The position numbers were made by a program, and so were the translations under genes. A stretch of 64,000 nt of DNA from Phoronis australis (lineage: Eukaryota; Animalia; Phoronida): positions 773,395-837,394 of the forward strand of contig NMRA01000140.1 of NCBI GenBank assembly GCA_002633005.1, read 5' to 3'. The notes beneath the pieces were generated by a model. The model was not told the origin of the DNA. It searched no databases and worked only from the letters and a program-made list of their open reading frames with translations. Positions 38,936 through 51,596 of the stretch are shown one piece after another; positions within the stretch are counted from its first letter, which is position 1; each line of letters begins with the position of its first letter.

Positions 38936-41221
38936 TCTGAAACAGAAGTTGTACATTTCTAAAGTCATAACTCCACCGTGGTACATCATATGCTACAAAA
39001 TGTGATTTAAATGGCAATTATTGGACAATTGTCAATTAGGTGTGCTTACCTCGAGTTGTTACGTGGTCGAATTAGGGAGGTGTCATGCTGTTACTGGTTT
39101 ATAAACAAGTGGTGTCACGAGATGGTTTAAACGAATCCTCTTACAATTACAAAAATCAGCTGTGATAATAAGTTCAGTGATTCCGCATCAGCAACAATCG
39201 GTACATTGAATTAAACTTGTGCCAGTTTTTCACTCACATTCGTGGGAATGCTGAACAGCTAAATGAACGCACTTTCGTATTCTTGTTGGATGGGATAGGC
39301 TTCCCGAAGTTAGTCGTCTTTGAGTAGAGCTATAAAACAACAAAATCCGTTGTGTATGAGTTACTTTATTACAAATTGTTAATTTTCGCCTTTGTCTGCC
39401 AGGCATTCGCTGAAACCAAGGCTGGTGTCTTTGTCCAATACTTTGCGATTTAGCGCGTTTATCTTTGCTCAGTAGCAGTAAGAGAGTCCAAATCCGTGGT
39501 ACTACTGATATCCGTAAATTTGCTTTTCTTGCCGAGAATGTCCATTAACCGTAAATCACTGCCGATCGTAACGTAGGAAAAACACAATGGCACCAGGTAA
39601 AATTACTACAAAGAAATAAAACTAGTATTTAGATGACACGTTGGTGAAAGCTAATCAGTGATTCCGTTATTTGTATTGCGGTTTCTATATATATATATAT
39701 TTGTTAGTAGTATCGACGACCCTTATTTATGTGGGTGTATGACGCTTTCTTTGGATAATTCAAGAACAATGGCAAGGTGACACGTGACAGTGCGATGTTA
39801 ATGTTTTCATGAAGGGTGCACTTTCATGCAACGCACGAAGCAGAAGATAATGCCGGTGCTCACTAGATAACCACAAGCACAGTGTGCTGATAGCGTCAGG
39901 TTATCGTTTGACATAATATCCACCGAAGCAGCGAACACTTAAACAAAACTTTTCAAAATGCCCGACAACTTTGGAAATGGCATTCTGCTTTTAATGGATA
40001 TAATTGACTGACTAGACTAGAGGGTTAAAATGAAAATAAAATAGACAGTGAAATGTCTTTATTCCCCAGCAGTATCAAGTATAAAATCACCAGCTTTCAA
40101 GTGTGTACGCAGTTCTTCGACATTTAAGTAGAGATAGAATGAATGACAAAGAGCCGCACACTTGCTATTAAGTTTATGTGTTTGATATTGCTGGAAAATA
40201 CATGTACATTTTGTGTACAATTTGTTTTTTCAGAATACGCCTGCGGCAAAAGTTTTATTTTTTGCACAACTGCGAGATCGTAAACACTCGCTTTGATGAT
40301 ACCCTTTCCCCATACATTTTAGTTAAAAAATTGATAAAACGGATTTTAACCGTGTTGTGTACTTAGTCACACAATAACAGGACGTTTGTAGGTTGTTATT
40401 GTTCATGAGTTCAGTAGTTTAATTGGTATTATGTCATGCGATTCCTAGTATAGGAAGTGTGTCATAGGTAACGCATCATATGTTGTTATGTAGTCGTGTG
40501 TATATATATATTGTTGTGATATGTGCAATGAAACAGTTAAGTGTTCAGTTCAATTCTGTTCGTTTCACTGCGTAGTTAATGGAGTGTCTACTTTATTTGA
40601 CAAAGTAAGATACACAACAAACCGGATGTGGATAGATCAGTCGAAATGTAACCCCAAATAATGCTTATTCAACACAACTCCAAATACTTTCAAAGCTAAC
40701 TGAATTTAATATGATTTTGGTTTGGTGTTACACTACCACCTAAAATGGCCACCGCAATGAGTGACGCGTGCATTATGCGTACTCACTCTGAACAGTCCCA
40801 AACAGGACAAAAAAGTTACGAAATGTTTTTGTGTTATCGTACGACTGATGATACTCATCGTGAGTTCGAAGCTGGCGAATGTAAAGGAAGGTGCTTTAAG
40901 ATTAAGGTTTTCAGATTGTGTACTGCAGGTTTCTTTAGAGGTTTCTTTAGCCCAGTCCTGAAGGAACTTGGTCTCGAATGGCAAAAGCGATAAGTAAACG
41001 TTGAGAAATGGTCTTAGTTATATTAATTGCTACAGAAATTTTTCATAGCTCTTAAATGTCACGGCCACAATGACATCTAGCGGTTTGAAAATACGATTCT
41101 GGCTGTCGGAATGTCGATATCACTTGTTGACCCTGAGCTCCAAGCTCCAAACAGTTATCTACAATTTATTGACTTTGGGAATGTTTATCTGTAATTCATA
41201 GGTGAAGTACATGTTCAGATG

Positions 41222-41926
41222 TGTCACGTTTTCCCCGTGTGTGGGTGGTCGCAGGTTGTTACTGAGACCGGTGCTAATAGCTTTCGGTGCGACGATAGAC
41301 TGAAGACTGGTTCGAGTTAATCTTTTATTAATCTCGACCGTACGTTCACAAGCTTACTCAAACAAAACGTCCGACGTAATGTCTGTTTATGCTCCAGCCA
41401 GTGCTGCGAAGCCTTGACTTGTGATGAACTTCTAAGACACGTTCAGCAACTGTTACACTCGTCGATTCAATAATCTGCTGTCTCTATAGCTGGCTCTCTA
41501 TTGACTATCGCTGTAACTGCTGATTCTCTTCACTACAACTCAACTGTAGTTCTCCTGATTAACTTTCTTGAACTAACTTGATCTGACTTAAACTGACTTG
41601 ATCCGACTTGAACTGACTTGATCTGACTAACACAAACCAGTGCTTGTGTATTTATAGCCTAATGCATTGTTCTTGAACTTTACATCAAGCACATTCTAGA
41701 ACTTTCCTGAATCTACCCAATCATTCTGCAAACATATACTAGTCTCTAGAATATTCCAGACCGCATTAATCACTGTCATGCTAAAGTCTAAAGTTGCATA
41801 CTATTCTGTAGTAAAGAAATTACATCATCATTGTACTTAACTCAGGGGTCATGCCAATCAAACAGAATAACAAAACAAAACAATACAACTAAAAATACTG
41901 TCAGACTATATTCTGACAATATGACA
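41222..41926 (-). mobile_element. Solo LTR (Gypsy-like), ~705 bp
   Basis: TGTCACGTT...AATATGACA termini (TG..CA, 7/9 inverted). On the minus strand TATAAAT (~41650) precedes internal 10/20-bp AGTCAG repeats (41570-41630) and AATAAA (~41325). No clean TSD. Confidence 0.55.
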
Positions 41927-42271
41927 CGACGACAGGTCCTGCAGTTTTAAACAAACAGTGCACGTCACTATTGTTGGATTAAATTGGAGTTCACGACAAT
42001 CAGTTTACCAATTTAGTTTAGCTTATGCTATTGAGGTATTAGCATACGGGGAATTTCATATCCAACTATAGAGTTAAGCAACTTAATCTAAACACGTCAC
42101 CAGAGCTACATTCAAGGCTCATGGTGTCGTTTTATTGCTCTAAGTCAAATATTGACAAATACGTGATGTCATGTTTGCTCACTGTGGACGGTTATTAAAT
42201 TCTCATACTATAGATGCAAAGTGTGATTACACGACGAGTAGGGAGCAGCCCAACGCACAACTCAATGTAAG

Positions 42272-42596
42272 TGTTACGGTACCACGATGTTACCTTAGGC
42301 GTTCCTTTCTAAAGGCCTTATACACTTTGTGGGTGACGGTTGCGTAACGAGCGATCGTACCACTCTCAGTAAAGTATCTGGCCGCTACTCCGCATGCCTC
42401 ATCAGACGGCACCAGGCGAGAGTAGGTAGATCGACTGTGTGAGTATGTTTCCAGTGTATATCTTTGAGCGACATGGTTATTGTCATGAGAACGTTCGTAG
42501 TCACGAACAGTGTTTAGTAGTAGTGTCTGTTTCACCAAACGTCATCTGAAGCAACTTGATACGTTGTGTAAAGAGTGTTTAATTGTTATCGTAACG
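42272..42596. mobile_element. Possible short solo LTR
   Basis: TGTTACGGTA...TATCGTAACG imperfect inverted termini bounding a more GC-rich 325-bp block. Confidence 0.3.
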
Positions 42597-43951
42597 CTCA
42601 GCCATGTCAACGGTAAGCGCTGACTTCACGTTATCATAATGCCTCGTTGAAGTAGGACTTTATCAACAACAAGTTTGTGTATTCAGATAAATACCTACAG
42701 AACTATAGAATCTATCCCTGCAAAAGTATTCACTTTATAAAAGTAGAAAGACAGCAGAATTTGACTTTCGGGTTTATGCCAATGTGTCGGTAATTGGGTC
42801 ACGTGACCATGTTTGTTTAATGAAATTTCGCAAAAAGGTATAATAATAGGAGCACACTTTGCTAAACCTCAACAACGCAATAACAGATTTTCTAAGTTTT
42901 CACTTCGTTTTCGTTTTTGGCATATTTTGATTTTGTCAGAAAAATCAAGAAAGTTTAATGGCAGCTTATGGAAACGCTTCACATGAATCTCAGTGATCAC
43001 CCATTTCTGAGATATGGTGTTCCGAAGTTAGCCAAATTTAGATATTTTTCTACGGCCTACATTACCTTAATTATACAATAATTATGTTCCTGTAAACATT
43101 ATCAACTGGATACTGCGCGTTGGTACTGTGCCGCACCACAAAAACGGCCGTGCGGCCGAGGAGACCTGCTAATTTCATACAACCTTCTTCACGTTGTCAG
43201 TTGAATAATGTTGTTTGTGTTCCTGTCCTGGGGGTAGCTACCGAAATTGTCTGCTTGCTGGTCGTATAATACAGGGTATAATGACGACCTGTGGAGGATG
43301 ATACTGTAAATGTTTTGTCGCGTCTCCGTTGCGTAATCATATTTGTACCATTGCGTTGCCACGGTTTCATTTTACACACATTCCACTTACAGCAGCACCC
43401 GTCTTAGACGTGCGGCACAACGAATAACCAGCAAAAACACAAACAATTGGCGGCTTTCGTATTTTATTTACAAGCATATTCAGATAAACATGTGTACCTT
43501 CTTGCAAATATAATGCCTCCCCATACAAAATCACTGATTATTTCTTTCGTTCAGTTATCATATTAAATTCAAAAACTGTCGAGCTATAACTAGGGCTTCG
43601 TTCTTTAGACGCAAGAACCTTGCGAAAACGCCAGGCATTAGAAACGTAGCATTTGATCACACAACATGATCACGCGAAATTCTGCGGAACGGAACCCAGA
43701 TTTGGTGACTCCTAGAAGTCCTAGAGCGAACTGCCCACTCCATGTACTTATCAAAAATATTTACACAAGTGCCAAGATAAACAAACGATTAGGCCCACTG
43801 CCTTTGGATCATGTATAAAATATGTAGGTTAAGGTATGCGGTAAGTCGACTGCTGATTGGTTGGCTATTTCGCTCAATGAGTTGAGGTGAATCTGAACAC
43901 GCACTATCGAACAAACTGAAACTGAAAACGGAACTACTTTTCCAGGATACA

Positions 43952-46900
43952 ATGAGGTGGGAACTCTTATTCGCCCTTGTGGTAGCGCTTGTCGTATGTG
44001 CAGATGCAAGACGACACAAGAAAGTACGATGTAAAGCAGACGATAATTGCGTTGGTAGCGATGGTGCACCAGGTATGCAGGTTTGAGAGATTTGTGTGTA
44101 CGTACGCTTGTTTTTGTGCATATTTACTGCGTACGCCAACGCTTGCGTGGACGAGACGACGTCGCCACCTGGTGACTTAAAATTGACATTATCTTGTCAT
44201 TAATCGGGTATCAAAAAGGATGATGGGTCATTATGCTTTTGCGAACTCGTGTGCTTCCCTTCCTCGTAAATTTGTCAATCTCGGTTTAAAACGGTTAGTT
44301 GCTGGACACTTTTTGAGCTGACTCACGAAATATTGTCGATTTCCACATGTTGTTGAGCCGACTAGTGGATGGTTTCGCCACCAGTAGGCCAATGTTTTTG
44401 CTTGTAGTCGCTGTCGACATACATACGTACATGTTTGTGTGTCGAGTCGCTGCAGACCGCAGAAACATGCATATGTGTTGGCATGAGTTGTGGTTGGGAT
44501 GAATGTGCGTGTGTTTGAATAGGAGTCGCTGTCGACATACGTGTATCAAAAATCAGCATTATTAGGAGGAGGGCGCACAAACTCCTATTTCGTCAAACTT
44601 ATGCTTCCCCCATCGTATTCTAAAATTCAAATTTCTCCCTATTGCCATCTCTCCGGCCCCTTGTCGTTGCCAATTTCGCACTACGAGAAACTTGCGTTCC
44701 CATATTTCAATAAAATTTTATGAGAAAAGTTCATTTCATAATATTAAATGTAAAGCGTACGTTAATGGTATGATTTTACCGTTAGAGGGGTACGTTTATC
44801 AAATGCGCTATATTTGGGTGCTAAAAATGTATAAATCCAGCAGTGGTTCTTGATAAATGTTCCCTTACACCTGTTTCGGTTGCCACTGTTTCACCCTGAC
44901 GTCTGTACATTATTGTGGGACCGTATCCTCGCCTCCCTCCCCCCTCCATTCCTACGGCCCTGGCCATGTATATTGATGTTTGAACGGGGAGAGCACTGTG
45001 CACTTGTACGTCCATATTTGTTAGTACGGAGACTGAGCCGCTGCAGACCAGAGGGACATGCATGAATGTTCGGGTTTTTTTGTAAGGGGGAGACGTTGTC
45101 GACATAAGTTGCGTACATTTTTGTTATGAGTAATGTTTGTAAGAGACTTCGTTGTAAATAAGAGAGGCCTGCATGATGGAAAATCTTGGCCTACTACTGC
45201 ACGGAGAGTTGCTGTCGACACTCGTACATACGTCAGTAGGAAAAATCCGTATCGACAAAGATGACGTGTAAGTTTAAAAACCATCATATTGTACAGCATT
45301 TGGCACCGAGTTCATGTATTTACCATTTACAAATTATTTCACCGTTCATCACGTTTTGTTTTGACTTCAAAATACTTCCTTCAACAGGGAAATGTGAGGA
45401 TTTTGATACCAGCTTTTTAAAACTCCGACATCGGGGCATTGCAGTTATCAACCCTAGCCAGCACAAGTGTACATAACAAACAGATCCCGCAAATTCACTG
45501 ATCAGAGCTCAAGTTTAGATTGCGGCTGCCATGTTTATGCAATGAAACCAGGAACTAATACAAATATCTAGCGATCTGAGCGAATACCAAGCTTTGAGAG
45601 TTTATCCGATTCCTTCTGCTAATTAGAGTGTTTTTCGGTCTGTCTCATTAAGCCGGAATGTACCAAAGATATGAGCTGAAGAACCGTGATTTCATCCGTT
45701 TAGGCTACTTGAAACCATCGCATCAAATTAACACCATCTTAACGCAACCAAAGTTGATGGTCACCACTGATGTCGTTAGTCATTCTACACTATAACCTGG
45801 CGCTGATTAGCGTGCTTCGATACCTCTCCAGTGTTGACTTTCGACCATCCATTTATAGTGGTACAGTGCTTAGTTTTAACGTGATGTTGAATAAGTCTCG
45901 TGTTTCTTCTCAGTTGAAAGCACCAGTAAGGGTCATTTACAAGGATGCCGCATTTTGAGAACCAGTCACTAAATAACAGTCATCAAGCTGGTTCTCAAAG
46001 TCCTGGACCCCTGTCAGTAGAGTGCAGAAAGGCGGGGGGGGCGACGGAGCGACGGTCTCGGGCATCCAAATGAGGGCATCCCATTGCTATGAATAAACTT
46101 TTCGAAATTGTGACTGACTTGCAGTTACATTGAATGAAAAGTTTCTATTTTATGTTCCATCTTTTTTACTTTTGTTACTACTAGGGTCCATGCATTTGAG
46201 TTGAGATAGGGACATCCAATAAAAATTCGCCCCGGGCGTCACCAAACCTCTGCACGATACTGCTCCCCGTAAGTGACAATTTTACCATATCACCCGTACA
46301 TTCAAATGTATAACATGAACGCGGTTTATTTCTTGAAAAGCTATAAATAACAGGTAGCTGTGGTTTATTACAAGCTTATCTTTAAACGGTATTCGGTATT
46401 AACTATGTAATCAAGTTTCCTGGATTTTAAATAGAAACTGAAATTTTCTTGCCCGGCGTGGCGGCTTTGTCATTTTCAGCAGTGGTGCAAGTCGCCATCC
46501 ACGGTATACTGTACGTAATTCTAGAACAAGTGGATTTAAAACGAATTCCAGGTGCACGAGTGCAATTCAGTTATGGTAATTGTGTTTCTGTGGTGTAATT
46601 TTCAGGTTGTTGTATCCTGAAAACATGGACGAATAAGAAGGGTGTGACCAAATCGAAAGGGAAATGTTCACGTCGGCCATTTTCCTTGAGTGAATTCAAA
46701 AAATGCAAGGCAGACTGTGAATGCCGTGAGGGTAAGAATTAAGTATTCAACCGACGATTGTACTGGGTGTTTTAAGACTAGACACAATGGTTGCATTTTC
46801 TACTACGCTGGTAGCGATTAACTTATACTTAAATATATTGTTTCACAGCTTTCGTCATTTTTAGGTCTTTCGGCCTTTACAGTGCTGAGCAAATAATACT

Positions 46901-49900
46901 GGTTGGATGGTGGGCAAACATGGAACAGCGATTAAAGAGAGAATTTGACAACACAGTGTTGAATACTGAAATACTTAAAAAGTAAAAGTATCTTCTCGTT
47001 TTAGCTCTAATTTCCAACATTGTGAAGAAATCGGTGTGTTGAGTGGAAAATTCTTGATAATTTGGTTTGGATCTTATATCTTGAGATTTTCAGCGGTGAA
47101 AGAGCACAGTTCTAAGAACATGCAGGGGATTGGTGTTTCAGAAAGATTCAGGAAGTTGACATTAGCTTTCAATATCAAAGGTGCTTTTTATTCGCTCTTA
47201 CAATCTTAATCGAAATCACAAAATTAATTCTCACTATGGGTCCCAGTCGCTTGCCAGGGTGGCAATTTGTTTTCACCTTTAAGGTTATGTAGAAGCCTAG
47301 AAAAATGTCAAAACTTCGACACATCATGTCTCAGAAATGGCTGACAATATTCAGATGAAAGTTTTGACACTTTAAGACACTGTACTTCACGCATGGTTCT
47401 CCAATACGTCATGTGATCCATCCAGGATAGTTTATAATCAGAAACATTAAACCTGTTCAGCTGCTAAAATCCTTAAGCTCTCAGGAGTCTCCCGCTGCAT
47501 TCTCGAATGGTTGGACTTGCAGGACAGGTGGAGCGTCCCGCCGTGTTCTCGCGAGATACGATCCATGGTTGCGTTCCAAGCGGTGGATTGTGCAAACCTG
47601 CCACCTGCGGACACGCTGCTCTGGTACCGGGACTAGTGTTTATCGTTATTCAAACAATGCGGAACAGAATCGTGTTGGTGCCGTGTTGGTACTTCCCAAG
47701 ACCCCTGATGCGAACTTCCATTTACGGTATATAAATTGATCACCGCGCCTCTCGTGAGCGAAATCGCAGGTCATTGTCAGGAACTTCCTCCTGCATTTAT
47801 TTATAAACGGAATACATTTTCTACACTTTGTTGGAAATTAGGCCCCAAAAAGATGATATTTGTGCATATTATGCATTATAGATACTCTTTCAAATCAGTG
47901 TTTCTCATCTGTTAACAGGTCTTAAATGCGTTAAAGAAGATGGCATGAGGAAGGGCAGATGTCAAGATCCGGTAAGGAACTAGTTCTGTGAATAAGAATA
48001 TTGTTTGTGTGCCTTACCCTAGGTTCTGCATTCGGTCTTGATTTACTCTACTTTTCTGTGAAAACATTTGTGTTGCCTCCGCTTACCTCACCAGCAGCAG
48101 ATTCGGTAAATGCGCATCGTAACACGGCGTATGTTGCACACATGCCCCTGACAGAAATCACTCTTCTTGTAATGACAAAGATTCGTTTAAGAAATACCTC
48201 AAATTCTAACGTTTCTCTTTCGTGATTATACCGTTAGTAGTCCGCGTACGCTTATGCAATTCTATATACGTCGGAAACCCAATGTGCCAACCTCCAAACT
48301 TAATATTTTAAGACAAATCGCTGTGGTATTTTCAAGAATATCTATACAAATTGACGTCTTTCTAAATTTTAGTATGCGCCGATCTTGATTTTGTTCACGA
48401 GTAAGCGCCCTGGTCTAATCATGGAGTGCGTCAACTCGAGCCCATAGAGAAAGTCCCACAAAATGACAGTTGCTCGGGAGAAAAATGCGGGAATTCAAGA
48501 AACAAACTGAGTTAATACGAACTCAGTTGCGGATGATGAGAAAAGGATTACAATGAACTCGTAAGAAAAGCATTGCGTTAATGGAAATTGTCGGTGTTAG
48601 CGAGAACGCAACCCTGATAATTCACCTTCCGCTGCAACTGTGCAGTCACTTCAAAATGGCGGCCATTTCGACAGAGTGCGCTTGTGAGGTCGTGAGCTCA
48701 CTCGCTAAAGACTATCGAGATCTCCCCTTACACTGCGTGATCACTGCATTACTCCCAAATTTTCATTACAGAGTGTTCAAAGCGACGACCCGGCCATTGG
48801 TGAAGAAGGCGGCCCGCGGCGGAGCGGTGGCCGCAGAGGTAGGGGTCGAGGTAGGCGGCCAGGTGGCGCTAGACGCGGCGGAAGACGTGGCGGAAAACGT
48901 GGTAGAGGACGCGGCCGCTGGCGCGGTGGAAGGACTAATTTCACCACTTGCTCTGATGAAAGCCCTTGTCCAGAAGGTAGGCATGCTTTGAAATGGGTAG
49001 ATGTGTGTCTGAATAAATGAAGAAACGCAACCGTTTTTTGTATGACGTTTTGTAAGGATACAGGTTTTTTGTATGACGTTTTGTAAGGATACAGGGGTGA
49101 CGAACTTGAGGCCACCTTATCTTAAGATCTCCTAAAATCTCATTCACAATACACACAAATCCGCCAACTTGAAGCCATCTTGGCGTCACCTTACTGTAAA
49201 GTTTCCTTAACTTGCATTATAAAGTCGTCGTAACTTTAGGTGGCCTCCAGCTCACCTTAGCATCACCTTGTCTCTAGTGTACGATTACATATAAAGAATA
49301 TGCACTTCTAGTTGAATTTCTCATTCTTAGCATCAATATTAACCATATTGTTGTCGAGTTTGCTGTTGTGGTTATTGTTTTCATTATCGTTATCATTAGT
49401 ATTGTTATTGTTATTGTTATTTTTATTATTTTATTACCATGTATGCGCGTTTTAAGGCTCATGCGCCTGCATCCGAATTAATGCATTTTGGCCTAGAATT
49501 CTTTGAGTCAAATGCGTTACGGTATCACTGTTACCGTCAAACCTGGCGATTGAGCGCATGTCCTAATTGTGAAGTTGTGCCTAATATTGCGGAGCTTAGG
49601 CACGTGTGCAGCTCGGAGAAACAGTGCTTCGCTGATGATGGATCACATGCGGGGATAATTTGGGTTCTCTTGGCGACTTCATGAATAGGCATTGAGTTTT
49701 ATTGCGTAACATTAGCCTTGCGGCGTTTGAATTTCATTCCGACTTACATTTTTTTCGGGTCGTGTAGTTGTGGTGCCTCAAACGAATATTTGGTGTATAT
49801 TGTTGGGAGCTTGTATTCATATGTTTTTGTTTCCAATAGCTTTCTATGGCTCTGTATGATATCCCGCATGTGAATGTACAACGTCACAATTATGTCCGTC

Positions 49901-51090
49901 GTAATTCCAGTGTTTTTCTACGGGGTCAACTGTGAACAGTACATTAAGACATTGAATTAAGTAAGAATCGAATACAGAATTCTTATACAAATATTCTTTT
50001 GTAAAAGTTCAAACTTTAAACTTTTTAGTTAGAGCGTTAGGAATGGTTATAGCATCGGAAACGAGGACTTTTATTTTACTAATTATAACACACCGGGTAG
50101 AGTTCAGTAACGCTAGGACATACGTTAGGACCTCGCTAAAGTCTAACCAAAATCACGTGTTCTCGTTTAAAATACAAGGCAATATCTCACGTAATCTCGC
50201 TAAATGTTGTTAACTGACGAGGTCCTACCGTTACTGAACTCGACTCTGTTACATTACTACGTGCATTAGAGGCCTGGACCAGCGGTGTACATGTAATCTC
50301 TGTACTGGAAACCCGACTCCAAATCGGACCGCTTGCACATCACCCTTACAGATTTATACCCAACTGATGCGACGACGAGTCTGAGTTCGGAGATTTGACC
50401 TTGGACCCTGATCCTCGGAAAATTGTTGACGCTTTTATTAAACTGACTAAATTATCCGTTGAAGAATTTTTTTCGGTGTTTTATGTTCTCTCGCAATTAT
50501 TAAAGTTTCCCAGGAGCATGATATTTCATTTTGTTTATACAGGATTCTGTTGCGTTAAAATGCCGTCCAGAAATCGTCGCGCAGGTGACCGCTTGTGTCT
50601 ACCAACAAAGTTTGAGATACCGAACAAGAAATGTTTAGACAGCTGCCAATGTGACACCGCTAACGGTGAGTTCAAAAGATTTTAACATGTATTTATTATG
50701 TTGATTCAATTTAATGTATTTTGTTTGTCAATTAAAGAATTTAAACTACTTCAGAATTTAACTCATCACTGCTATAACTTCATTTATCCGTGTAAATTTC
50801 CAAATATTCCTATGTTTAACATTCCTGAACTGAAAATTTCTTTCAATTGAAAGACAGCATTCAACATAATAGTTTGTTAGCTACCATGCTTATAACTAAC
50901 ATTGAAAGAAAGTCTAGCAAACGCATATTTTCATTGCACAGGCTATTTTTGCTTCTCCAAAAACGCTGCAAATCCGCGTCGTGGCAACAAGGGAAGGTGT
51001 TTGACTGAAAAAATGGCATCTGGCTTAGACGCTCCTAACGGCAAGTGGTTGGGACAAGGACCTGCGACTGTCGCTGACAAGATGAAGTAA
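43952..51090 (+). CDS. Secreted tandem colipase-fold (prokineticin/Dickkopf-CRD2-like) cysteine-rich protein with Arg/Gly-rich linker; exons 43952-44072, 46606-46731, 47919-47971, 48772-48976, 50543-50665, 50942-51090; 258 aa
   Basis: Signal peptide MRWELLFALVVALVVCADA. Five GT-AG introns with matching phases (1,1,0,1,1); 777 nt = 259 codons without internal stop. Two 10-Cys domains of pattern C-x5-C..CC..C..C-x3-CxC..C..C. AATAAA at 51271. Confidence 0.8.
46015..46262. mobile_element. Short CAGT..ACTG-terminated MITE-like element
   Basis: CAGTAGAGTGCAGAAAGG...CCTCTGCACGATACTG inverted ends with GC-rich subterminal motifs; related GC-rich-ended inserts at ~5440-5743 and ~17076-17232. Confidence 0.45.
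49033..49094. repeat. Perfect 31-bp tandem duplication GTTTTTTGTATGACGTTTTGTAAGGATACAG x2
   Basis: Directly visible. Confidence 0.85.
49360..49436. repeat. Degenerate (ATT/GTT)n microsatellite
   Basis: Directly visible. Confidence 0.8.
50099..50241 (+). mobile_element. ~140-bp MITE family A, copy 3 (in intron 4 of the colipase-fold gene)
   Basis: GAGTTCAGTAACGCTAGGAC...GTCCTACCGTTACTGAACTC TIRs; shared internal core AAATCACGTGTTCTC...GGCAATATCTC. Confidence 0.7.
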
Positions 51091-51270
51091 ACATAGTGGG
51101 ACGCCATTGACAGGCAACAGCCGACATTAAAATTAATATGACCAGCGAATGACGGTTTTCTTGGGCATCGCTGGTTCGTTGGTTGGATGTGCTGTTCATA
51201 TTTTATTGCTATTGTAAATTGGCGTTCTCCCCGACGTTGTCAGAAAAAATGTACGTCTTCCTCATATTTT

Positions 51271-51276
51271 AATAAA
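51271..51276 (+). terminator. Polyadenylation signal of the colipase-fold gene
   Basis: AATAAA 180 nt after the stop at 51090, followed by T-rich sequence. Confidence 0.5.
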
Positions 51277-51596
51277 ACACTTTATAGTCAATTAAATATT
51301 TCTCTTTTCTCCAACCAGTTCATTTGGCTAACTCAGTTATGTGGTAGCCTTTGTTAACGTATGTGTACAGTCGTGGCGTCGGACACAAATGAAAAAAAAA
51401 ACATGACAAGTAACATATGAATGCGATAATACAGGGCTTCACGTTCATTTTAAATGATGAGTGCCCGCATTATTTCTGACCAATTGTCTAAGCTGTTCAT
51501 CAGGAAACGGCGTACTGGCATTCAGAGGCCTTCGCTATTCACCGCGATCGCACTGTCTTCTGCATTCACCGTCTGTCAGAATAAAAGACTGCTTGG

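Noticed and set aside
48581-48991. 136-aa Ala/Val/Glu-rich ORF and antisense Pro/Arg-rich ORFs
   Set aside because: Shadow frames of the RG exon; only the RG frame matches flanking splice phases and supplies the first two cysteines of domain 2.
43952-51090. Calling the gene Dickkopf or prokineticin
   Set aside because: Both domains have the CRD2/colipase cysteine order (no Dkk CRD1 pattern) and there is no AVIT N-terminus, so orthology is unsupported.
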